From IMG/VR virus record IMGVR_UViG_3300026094_000002: a stretch of DNA of 64,000 nt, one strand, 5' to 3'. Both the position numbers and the translations under genes were made by a program. Shown here piece by piece: positions 1 through 8,637 of the stretch. This DNA comes from a virus. Taxonomy: Duplodnaviria > Caudoviricetes. Within the stretch, counting starts at the first letter, position 1; each line of letters starts with the position of its first letter. The notes below the pieces were generated by a model that saw nothing but the letters and a program-made list of their open reading frames with translations, made no database searches and had not been told where the DNA came from.

Positions 1-1
1 A

Positions 2-1021
2 GAGTTTCTTGACGGCAAACGGCCTAATACTTGTCAAAAATGCTGGAATGAAGAAGATGCTGGAAGAACCAGTAAAAGAATGCACACGCTGGATCGCTTA
101 AAACACATTATACCAGATAATATACAGTGGAGCGAAGAGGCAGAGCCACTAATGTTTCTAGATTTAAAACTGGGGAACATATGCAACTTAAAGTGCAGAA
201 TATGTGGCTCATGGTCTTCGAGTGCATTTGCAACAGAAGAACTTCAAAGTATGCCACGTGAGCAAAAAAAGTCCAGTTTTCAATACATGATGCTAAAAAA
301 AGGTGCATGGCCAAGAGAGAAAACAGAATTCTGGGATGAATTAGAAAACATATTAGACCAAATACGCTACATTGAATTTACTGGCGGTGAGCCTTTTATG
401 ATAGGCGAGCATTTTGAATTGCTCCAAAATTTAGTAGATAAAGGAATCGCCCCACAAGTTGAAATACACTATAATACAAATGGGACACATTTCCCAGAAC
501 ATGCAATCGATACTTGGAAGCATTTTAAACATGTAGAGGTTGCTTTTAGTATTGATGATGTTGGAGAAAGGTTTGAGTACCAGCGGACCAATGCTATATG
601 GAATGAGGTTGAAGATAATATTGCTAGATTTAAGAAATTAAGAAAAGAGTTGAATAACATGTCTTTGCAGGTATGTTCAACAGTAAACGCTTACAATGTT
701 TACTATCTTTCAGATTTGGCACACTGGATTGATCAGCAAAACTTTGATTTTATCTATTGGAATATGTTACACGAACCTCATTATCTTAGTGTCAGTCGCT
801 TACCAAAAAAAGCAAAAGCGTTTGCGATTGAATCGTTAGAGCAGAGTGATGTTTCTACGCGGCATCGTTTAGAGTTTAACCATATCATTGATTTTATCAC
901 TAATGGTGAAACAACAGACGGTTCTGAACTGCTAGATAATATAAAATTGCTTGACGATAGGAGAAATGTCAACCTCGCCGATTCTCACGAAAAGTGGGCA
1001 GAGGTTCTAGGATATGGATAA
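2..1021 (+). CDS. Radical SAM protein with N-terminal twitch/SPASM-like Cys cluster (5'-truncated by window edge)
   Basis: CNLKCRIC (CxxxCxxC), FTGGEP and YNTNGT motifs. The frame is open from base 2 (EFLDGKRPNTCQKCWNEE...), so the true start lies upstream of the window. Confidence 0.9.
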   Translation, partial: EFLDGKRPNTCQKCWNEEDAGRTSKRMHTLDRLKHIIPDNIQWSEEAEPLMFLDLKLGNICNLKCRICGSWSSSAFATEELQSMPREQKKSSFQYMMLKKGAWPREKTEFWDELENILDQIRYIEFTGGEPFMIGEHFELLQNLVDKGIAPQVEIHYNTNGTHFPEHAIDTWKHFKHVEVAFSIDDVGERFEYQRTNAIWNEVEDNIARFKKLRKELNNMSLQVCSTVNAYNVYYLSDLAHWIDQQNFDFIYWNMLHEPHYLSVSRLPKKAKAFAIESLEQSDVSTRHRLEFNHIIDFITNGETTDGSELLDNIKLLDDRRNVNLADSHEKWAEVLGYG

Positions 1022-2324
1022 GCCAGAAAAAAAGCCTGAAACGCTTTGTATGGCTCCATGGGTACACACATATCTAAGCCCTCAAACAGAGAGAAGAATG
1101 TGTTGTGCAAGCAGAGAACCAGCACAAAATTTTGAACAGTATATAGATACAGAATCTGGAACGGGAGAGTATAATCCTCAGGCTTTAGATGAACACTGGA
1201 ACAGTGACCACATGCGATCTGTTAGACGACGCATGATGGCTGGCGAAACGCTTCCTGAATGTGAGGTTTGTAATAATAAACTCTTGAATACTGATGTGTA
1301 TCGTGATTATTTTTGGCACTTATTTCGTCGTCGGTATGATGAAATATGGGAATCGACTGACTCAGATGGTTACACACATATGAAGCCTATTTCTTGGGAT
1401 TATAGGTTTTCTAACTTATGCAATTTTAAATGCCGTATGTGTGGGGATATGCTTAGTTCTGCATGGGAGTCAGAGCAAAGACAACAAAATATGATCAATT
1501 GGCACGATCCAAAAAATAATTGGATGAAGCCAGAAATAAGAAAGCAAATATCAAAATTTCAAGATACACAAATTGAAAAAGAATTTTCTGATGCTGTAGA
1601 AGAGCACCGTGTTGAAGAAATATATTGGGTAGGTGGTGAGCCTCTTATGTATGAACAACATTGGCGATATATGAAGCGTATTGTTGATTTGGGCGATGGC
1701 CCGGGACTTTATGCCAGATATAATACAAATCTAAGTCGTGTGAAGTATAAAGGCATTGATTTATTTGACGACATACTCTCTAACATTAGAGATTGGCAAA
1801 TATGTGCAAGTTTAGATGGTACTGGACCTATTGGTGAATACATTCGTACTGGGCTGAATTATGAACAATGGTTAGAAAATTTTAAAAGAGCAATCACTTA
1901 TGCAAAGAATCGTCGTCAAGTAAGATTAGACTTTACTCTTACTCTGCCCGGGCTATTTGAAGTTCAAAATATTCAAGACTTATCACAAAATCTTGGTGTT
2001 GATATCCTAGCAAAAGTAATATTCAGTTTTGGACCAGATATATTTTTGAGTCCATTAGCACTTCCAAGAACAGTACTAGACCGTAAGGTTGATGAAGTCA
2101 GCGATGGGTTGCCAAATGGTGCACTTAAAGATGTTCTACTACAACTTAAAACTAGACCCACATTTGAAGAACAATGGCCAGATACGTTTGTAGATGGGTT
2201 AGCAGCAGGAAAGTCCAGAATACTTCAATTAGAGAAAATTAGAACACAGCCAACAACAATGGCATATATATTAGAAAAGGACCCAGAAATTTATGAGTGG
2301 TGGAAAAACATTAGATCAGATTGA
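1014..2324 (+). CDS. Radical SAM protein with N-terminal twitch-like domain
   Basis: CNFKCRMC, WVGGEP and YNTN motifs, plus N-terminal CMAPW...CC...CEVC. Confidence 0.9.
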   Translation: MDKPEKKPETLCMAPWVHTYLSPQTERRMCCASREPAQNFEQYIDTESGTGEYNPQALDEHWNSDHMRSVRRRMMAGETLPECEVCNNKLLNTDVYRDYFWHLFRRRYDEIWESTDSDGYTHMKPISWDYRFSNLCNFKCRMCGDMLSSAWESEQRQQNMINWHDPKNNWMKPEIRKQISKFQDTQIEKEFSDAVEEHRVEEIYWVGGEPLMYEQHWRYMKRIVDLGDGPGLYARYNTNLSRVKYKGIDLFDDILSNIRDWQICASLDGTGPIGEYIRTGLNYEQWLENFKRAITYAKNRRQVRLDFTLTLPGLFEVQNIQDLSQNLGVDILAKVIFSFGPDIFLSPLALPRTVLDRKVDEVSDGLPNGALKDVLLQLKTRPTFEEQWPDTFVDGLAAGKSRILQLEKIRTQPTTMAYILEKDPEIYEWWKNIRSD

Positions 2325-3378
2325 AATTGATTTACGAAATTATGAAACGGGAGATTTACATACCCTTTATATAGACGTCCACGATAACAGTCTTAGCTAT
2401 AAGTGGTTAAAAGAATTAAATCATTTAATAAAAAATGAATATCATTTAGAAAAAAACTATTGTTTTGTAGGATTTTCTGATTCAGAACGCAATGGTTGGT
2501 ATATTTGTGACCGAATCAATGAAACTATTGCAGCAATAAACAAGTCAACTACTGATTATTTTATAGATGATTATTTTAGCATAGAAAATGCTCTGGATAA
2601 TACTGAATATTATGCAGGTGATCCGGGAAGACATATAAACCATGATAAGTTTAATTGGCTACACCGTTATTTTGAAGATTTACAAGGTGTCAGCGGCAAT
2701 ATGTCATCACACTATATTAATGCTGACTCAACAACTCGTTGGCATATTAGGCAGTTAAACTTGTTATGTCACGAGTTTGAATCATGGGCTTTGAGTTACC
2801 GAAAAAAGGCACAAGCACCCGAGTGGCAAAGGCCAAGCCAACTAATGTGTTGGTTGAATGCCCCAAGATTTATATTATCGGAAGAAGACTATGAGTGTTT
2901 TGGAATTGAGACCTTAAATCGTGATCAAGGTGGCGTGTTTGTCGGAGTTAATAAAGCAGTAGGAAAAGACCACTGGGAAGTTTTTAATGATGAAGATGGA
3001 GCAGACATTGATGACTTGGTAACTGTAGCATTAAAACCACAAACAGAAGCTGCTGGTGATTTTGATATAGAATGGGGGCAGAATCCATCTGGAAAAGATT
3101 GGCAAATTATGAAACTAAATGAATTCAGACAATGGCTCATAAGAAATAATTTTGATCCAGAAGACAAATCTCTGACAATTGGACACCCACAAGTTGGCCA
3201 GATTGATTTAGAAAAGTCCTTCCCTAATCCCAGTAGGGAAGGCATTTGGGATCTACTCAACAATTTCCTTGATGTTTATAGTATAAGAACTTCTGATGCC
3301 TCCGTAGTCTATGATTATCATTGGTCTGATAAGAATTATGCTGAGCAGCAAATAGAAATATCAAGGAATAATCAGTAA
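2293..3378 (+). CDS. Hypothetical protein in the radical SAM/carbamoyltransferase operon
   Basis: 361-aa ORF overlapping both neighbours; no family motif recognised; exact start uncertain. Confidence 0.75.
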   Translation: MSGGKTLDQIEIDLRNYETGDLHTLYIDVHDNSLSYKWLKELNHLIKNEYHLEKNYCFVGFSDSERNGWYICDRINETIAAINKSTTDYFIDDYFSIENALDNTEYYAGDPGRHINHDKFNWLHRYFEDLQGVSGNMSSHYINADSTTRWHIRQLNLLCHEFESWALSYRKKAQAPEWQRPSQLMCWLNAPRFILSEEDYECFGIETLNRDQGGVFVGVNKAVGKDHWEVFNDEDGADIDDLVTVALKPQTEAAGDFDIEWGQNPSGKDWQIMKLNEFRQWLIRNNFDPEDKSLTIGHPQVGQIDLEKSFPNPSREGIWDLLNNFLDVYSIRTSDASVVYDYHWSDKNYAEQQIEISRNNQ

Positions 3379-3494
3379 TGTTTAAAAAAATAAAGAAATT
3401 TATCACACGCATTTATAACAAAATCAAATTAGAAATACGGTATAGAAAAAAATTACGCAAATTGCGTAAACGTGACCCATTCATATATAAATGA
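3378..3494 (+). CDS. 38-aa basic peptide MFKKIKKFITRIYNKIKLEIRYRKKLRKLRKRDPFIYK (not in ORF track)
   Basis: Read by hand. The start overlaps the upstream stop (TAATG) and the stop overlaps the carbamoyltransferase start (ATGA), consistent with translational coupling on both sides. Confidence 0.75.
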   Translation: MFKKIKKFITRIYNKIKLEIRYRKKLRKLRKRDPFIYK

Positions 3495-4996
3495 GCTACA
3501 TCTTAGGAATCAGTTCTGGATTTCATGATGCTGCAGCAAGTGTCGTTTCCCAAGACGGAGAAATAGTTTTTGCCGGTCATAGTGAAAGATATAGTAAAAA
3601 GAAAAACGACCCTAATTTACATCCTGCACTTATAAAAGATGCAATGCAATGGGATGTATCTTCTATTGCATATTATGAAAGGCCGTGGATGCACAATGTG
3701 CAAAAAATACGAAGTGGTCAGTATGGGTTGACGCCGTGGTCAACACGAGGTGTTTTAAAACAACAGTTAAATTCATATGCAAAACCTCTGTTAAAAAAAT
3801 GTAGTATTTCACGATTTTCACACCATCTCAGCCATGCAGCAGCAGGATTTCAAACATCTCCGTATGAAGAAGCTGCTGTTGTTGTTATTGACGCAATTGG
3901 GGAATTGGACACAATATCCATATATCATGCGTCATATGATGCTAATGGTATCGCACAATATAAAAAAATGTGGGGGCAAAAGTACCCTCATAGCATAGGT
4001 CTATTTTACTCTGCTATCACACAGGCGATTGGATTAAAACCAATGGAAGATGAATATGTCACAATGGGTATGGCAGGTTGGGGGTCCGACTTTGGTGCTG
4101 TGATGATGAAAAGTGACTTCTTTATTGACATATCAACGGGTGAATTAAATCAAAATCTTCATATGGGCATTGACAATAGTCATTTTAAGAAAAATCAATA
4201 TATTCGTGCCAATAAAGAGAATATCGCTGCAAGTGCTCAGAGAGTAGTAGAAGAGGCAATATTAGAAATAATGCGACGGGCTAAAAATCTTACCAAATCT
4301 GAAAATTTGGTTTTTATGGGTGGAGTTGCTTTAAACTGTGTTGCTAATAGTCGTTTGGGTGTTATATTTCCAAATATGTGGATAATGCCTAATCCGAGTG
4401 ATGCAGGGTCAAGTTTGGGTGCAGCAGCACTACAGTATAAAAAGCCATTGAAATGGAAAGATGCATATCTTGGTCACGAAATTCCCGGCGAATATCCAGT
4501 CAATGATATTGTTGATAGACTGGTAACTGATAAGATAGTTGGTGTAGCATCAGGCAGAGCAGAGTTTGGTCCAAGGGCACTTGGAAACAGAAGTCTCTTA
4601 GCAGACCCGCGTGGCAAAGATATAAAAGATAGAGTAAATGAAATAAAGAAAAGACAGAAGTTTAGGCCATTTGCCCCAGCAATATTAGAAGAGCATGTAG
4701 ATGATTATTTTGAAATGCCGGGCAATGTTTCTACAAGTCCTTATATGCAGACAGTTGCCAGAGTTAAACATCCGGAAGACTTCCCAGCAATAACGCATGT
4801 AGATGGTACTGCACGAGTTCAAACAGTTCCAGATGATGGGTCAGGATTTAGAAAGTTGCTGGAACTATGGTATGTCTGGTCAGGATGTCCAATGCTGTTA
4901 AATACCAGTCTTAATATACGCGGTGAGCCGATGGTTAACGACAGACAGGATGCTGACAGATTCCAGAAGAAATACGGCGTTACTGTTTGTAGTTAA
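3491..4996 (+). CDS. Carbamoyltransferase, NodU/CmcH family
   Basis: HHLSHAA, VIDAIGE, GGVALNC, EFGPRALGNRS, KKRQKFRPFAP, HVDGTARVQTV and LLNTSLN motifs. Confidence 0.93.
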   Translation: MSYILGISSGFHDAAASVVSQDGEIVFAGHSERYSKKKNDPNLHPALIKDAMQWDVSSIAYYERPWMHNVQKIRSGQYGLTPWSTRGVLKQQLNSYAKPLLKKCSISRFSHHLSHAAAGFQTSPYEEAAVVVIDAIGELDTISIYHASYDANGIAQYKKMWGQKYPHSIGLFYSAITQAIGLKPMEDEYVTMGMAGWGSDFGAVMMKSDFFIDISTGELNQNLHMGIDNSHFKKNQYIRANKENIAASAQRVVEEAILEIMRRAKNLTKSENLVFMGGVALNCVANSRLGVIFPNMWIMPNPSDAGSSLGAAALQYKKPLKWKDAYLGHEIPGEYPVNDIVDRLVTDKIVGVASGRAEFGPRALGNRSLLADPRGKDIKDRVNEIKKRQKFRPFAPAILEEHVDDYFEMPGNVSTSPYMQTVARVKHPEDFPAITHVDGTARVQTVPDDGSGFRKLLELWYVWSGCPMLLNTSLNIRGEPMVNDRQDADRFQKKYGVTVCS

Positions 4997-6158
4997 GTTG
5001 GTCAACGATATGTTGAATATTCTCGCGGATTCTGGAAGAGAACGCATACTGGTTATAGATTATATCTGGGTAGCACTCGTAAAATAATTCCTTTAATCCG
5101 TGATTTTTTATTCTTTTTATTTCTGCTGATAGTGCTTTCCAGCGTTCAGTGTTGTCTTCTATTTCATCATAATCATTATTCAAAACATAATCAAATGTTT
5201 TGTAACCCAAACTTCTTAAAAGTTTTAAACTATGTGCAGTACCAGCAATTAAGAAAGGTTGTCCAAACTTTATAGGCTTGAGTGTTTTTTCTGTTAGAAA
5301 TGTCCCACCGCTTCCATCAGCATCAAAGTGTGTTTCTAATACAATATTAAAATACGATTTTCTATATAAATCTTCATTGACCCAGCGATGATTGTTGTGT
5401 GTTTTTTCATCATCATATAGATATGGACCACCGGCAACAAATTCTTTTACTCTGTCTCCTTTTAATTTTAATACCGATAAATCAATGGGGTTTTGATCAA
5501 ATGGATCACCGATATCATAATTTGTATTATAACTCCATATGCTGTTATCTAATGCTCCTTTACGTATCAGATCTGCATAACATGTGGCCCTCCACCATTT
5601 ATGCGTTCTTGATAACATAGAAAAATCAAATTCTTTTTCTCTTCTCGTACTTAAAAAAGAACTTTGACTTCGGTTGATGTTAGCAAAAAACGATTCATGA
5701 TCATTATAATAGATAAAATTTTCTATATTATTTGCGGCAGTATTTGCACTAACAAAAACATAACAATCATTTGGTAATTGATGTTTTTCTATTAAAAAAT
5801 CAATTCTTTCTTTTATATGATATGGATTGTCTGCTTCATGATAATAAAATAGTATTTTAATTTCACTGTTTTTAATTCGCTTAATACTATTATTTGGAAT
5901 CAAATCAATATAGTCACAATCAAAATCAAACCAAGAAAATGCTATTGGATACCAAGAGCCATTAGGTGCAGAATCAACAGAGGTTTCTTTGAATAAAAAT
6001 CCATTATCATTAAAAAATTTTATTATTCTCAACTTGACAGTGTTCGGCCAGATATGGTCCCATTTTCTCCAAGAGTGTCCAAATTTGGCAAGGTTGGGGT
6101 ATCCAACTCCATTGTCATATACTCTATCGTAACAAAAAACTAAATCGGTTTCTTTCAT
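4980..6158 (-). CDS. Putative glycosyltransferase (GT10-like E..TEK..P motif), paralog 1
   Basis: YFNIVLET...FLTEKTLKPIKFGQPFLIAG...GYKTF...DYD; motif shared with four other ORFs in the window. Confidence 0.6.
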   Translation of the reverse strand: MKETDLVFCYDRVYDNGVGYPNLAKFGHSWRKWDHIWPNTVKLRIIKFFNDNGFLFKETSVDSAPNGSWYPIAFSWFDFDCDYIDLIPNNSIKRIKNSEIKILFYYHEADNPYHIKERIDFLIEKHQLPNDCYVFVSANTAANNIENFIYYNDHESFFANINRSQSSFLSTRREKEFDFSMLSRTHKWWRATCYADLIRKGALDNSIWSYNTNYDIGDPFDQNPIDLSVLKLKGDRVKEFVAGGPYLYDDEKTHNNHRWVNEDLYRKSYFNIVLETHFDADGSGGTFLTEKTLKPIKFGQPFLIAGTAHSLKLLRSLGYKTFDYVLNNDYDEIEDNTERWKALSAEIKRIKNHGLKELFYECYPDIIYNQYAFSSRIRENIQHIVDQLNYKQ

Positions 6159-7528
6159 TGTTGTAACTTACTTATTAAGTCAGTGAGTCTTTCTTTTTTG
6201 GATTCTAAAAATAGTTTGCTGTTGTGTGTAATTTCTGGTTTTAAATCAAGGTATAATTTGTGCAATCGGTGATCTGGCATAGAAGCAATTTCAGAACACA
6301 ATTCAATTACTGCCTCCATTCTTTTTTGGTCATTTTCTATGTCATCGTATGATTCATCAATAACACGATCAAATGTTTTATATCCAAATTTTTTTAATTC
6401 TTTGAGCGTATGCGGCGGTCCTACAACAATAAAAAATTGATTGTGGCATATGGGTTTTATAATTTTTTCTGTTAAACAAGTTCCAATATTGTCTTGCATA
6501 TTAAAATATGTTTCTACAACAAAATTGCAGTAACTTTTTTCAAAATGTTCCTTATTCAAACTTTCAAAAGAATTATGGTCAATATCATTCAATGAGTCTG
6601 CTTTAAATGGTCCATCTGCTAAAAAGTTTTGAATGAGTCTATATTTTGATTCAATGAATTCTCTGTCAAAGGGTTGGCAACTTACTTCATCACTTTCTTT
6701 TCCCTGAGATATTTGGTTGTAACTAAAAAACCCTTGGTCATGTACTCCTGCCCTCCACAATTCTCCCATAAAGATTGCTCGCCAGAGTTTGTGAATTCTT
6801 ACTAATGCAGTAAATTTTTTCTCTCTCTTTTCTTCATGATATGGAACAATATTTTCTTTTTGTTGAGATCTACGATATAATAATTCATCATCAAAAAAGT
6901 AATAAAAATTTTCTATTTTGTCCGCGTATGTATTACCAGAAACGAAATGAATTCTTTCTATATCTATATCATGTTTTTGACACAAGGTTGATAGCGATTT
7001 TTTTATTTCTATAGGGTTATCTGCCTCATCATAAAAAAACAAAACATTTATTTCATTTCTTTTTAATCGGGCATATGCTTCGTTTGAAATCTCAGAAAAA
7101 TAATCAAAATCTGGGTGAAATATATTTAATCCTATAATATAAAAACTATCTATTGGTGCTTCACTTATCTTCCATAATTTGTATGGGACACCTTCATCAT
7201 ACAAATAATCTATTAGTCTAACGTGCTCAGTATTTGGATATGTAGTACTAAACTCTCCCCAACTGTCATACCCATAAACTCCATTATGGCGTGTGCATGT
7301 AGGATATGGAATTTCTCTAAAACCGTGTCTTTCTTTTTGTGACTTTGGATCAAGTTTTACTTTGCGACATATCGTTTTAAAATCATCAGATAAATTTTCA
7401 AACTCTGAAAATGATTTTAATTCTGGCCAATGGGGTTTTTTGTTTGTGTTGTAAATATCTACCCAGTTGTCTTCTAACCATTGTATGTCTAAATTATATA
7501 ATGTAAAATCGCAACACAGATTAATCAT
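6155..7528 (-). CDS. Putative glycosyltransferase (GT10-like motif), paralog 2
   Basis: YCNFVVET...LTEKIIKPICHNQFFIVVG...GYKTF...ESYD. Confidence 0.6.
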   Translation of the reverse strand: MINLCCDFTLYNLDIQWLEDNWVDIYNTNKKPHWPELKSFSEFENLSDDFKTICRKVKLDPKSQKERHGFREIPYPTCTRHNGVYGYDSWGEFSTTYPNTEHVRLIDYLYDEGVPYKLWKISEAPIDSFYIIGLNIFHPDFDYFSEISNEAYARLKRNEINVLFFYDEADNPIEIKKSLSTLCQKHDIDIERIHFVSGNTYADKIENFYYFFDDELLYRRSQQKENIVPYHEEKREKKFTALVRIHKLWRAIFMGELWRAGVHDQGFFSYNQISQGKESDEVSCQPFDREFIESKYRLIQNFLADGPFKADSLNDIDHNSFESLNKEHFEKSYCNFVVETYFNMQDNIGTCLTEKIIKPICHNQFFIVVGPPHTLKELKKFGYKTFDRVIDESYDDIENDQKRMEAVIELCSEIASMPDHRLHKLYLDLKPEITHNSKLFLESKKERLTDLISKLQQ

Positions 7529-8637
7529 GAATTAATGTCCTTTTTTATATTGTTTAGCATAGATGTTAATTCTTTCCATAAGATATTCTTAAAAACTCCG
7601 TTATAAAAATGATTATAATTAAATTTTAATGTTGGAATCATATGTTTATACATTTGATTTAATTCTTTAGGAGTAAGATCGTCTAAATTTTTGGTTAATT
7701 TTGCTATTTTTTCAATTCTCAAAATATCATCTTCTTCGGTATCGTAATCTTCAGACCAGAATTCTGAGAATGTTTTAAATCCATATGATTTCAAATATTC
7801 TAAACTATATGCAGTAGAAACAAGAATAAATGGCATATACATACAAATTGGCTTGAATATTTTCTCTGTAAGATGATTTCTTTTTCCAGAAAAAACAGTT
7901 TCTGTAACAATGTATGCGAGGGATTCAAAAGACTGATCAAATAATCCAAGCGTATAACTTTCCATTGGATGATTTTCTTCACCTGAAAAGTTCCATGGTA
8001 AATTAACAGAGCCTAAAACTTTTTCAATATCTGGATATGTATTTCTATATCTTCTTCCAATTTTTGATGCGAACTCATTTTCATATGGGCAAACTTGTGG
8101 CATACTAATTTTTGCATTGGTAATATTGTTTTTTACCATATTGTAGAACAGTAGTACTCTGTGGTTTCTCTTGCCGCCTATAATCCTATTAGGACTTATA
8201 AAACTTGATTTTATTTTTCTTGACTCTGGGGGTTCAATAGTGAAATCATAGTTAAAACCTCTAAACCATTCTAATGCCGCCCATCCATGAAAAAAATAGT
8301 AATAATCATCCCAACCATATATGTTGCAGACCTCATTAACTTCATCGCTATTTTTTTCACTGTGAATTAATATTTTTTTGTTTGAATTAAAATTATCAGT
8401 TATATCTTTATTTCTTTTTTCAACATCATCAAAAAGCGGTTTATGCACATCTAAAAATATTGGCTCTTGGTCGTGAAGGAATATATAATTATATTCAGTT
8501 ATATCATGACCATAATTCATTAAGTTTTCGGGGTCAGTTGTCCCCGGCGGATCACAAAAAAATAACCGAGTTTTAGGGATATTCTTATCAATATAATTTT
8601 TGAAAATATTAACGTAAATTTCTTCTATTCTTATCAT
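7525..8637 (-). CDS. Putative glycosyltransferase (GT10-like motif), paralog 3
   Basis: IVTET...LTEKIFKPICMYMPFILVS...GFKTF...EDYD. Confidence 0.6.
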   Translation of the reverse strand: MIRIEEIYVNIFKNYIDKNIPKTRLFFCDPPGTTDPENLMNYGHDITEYNYIFLHDQEPIFLDVHKPLFDDVEKRNKDITDNFNSNKKILIHSEKNSDEVNEVCNIYGWDDYYYFFHGWAALEWFRGFNYDFTIEPPESRKIKSSFISPNRIIGGKRNHRVLLFYNMVKNNITNAKISMPQVCPYENEFASKIGRRYRNTYPDIEKVLGSVNLPWNFSGEENHPMESYTLGLFDQSFESLAYIVTETVFSGKRNHLTEKIFKPICMYMPFILVSTAYSLEYLKSYGFKTFSEFWSEDYDTEEDDILRIEKIAKLTKNLDDLTPKELNQMYKHMIPTLKFNYNHFYNGVFKNILWKELTSMLNNIKKDINS

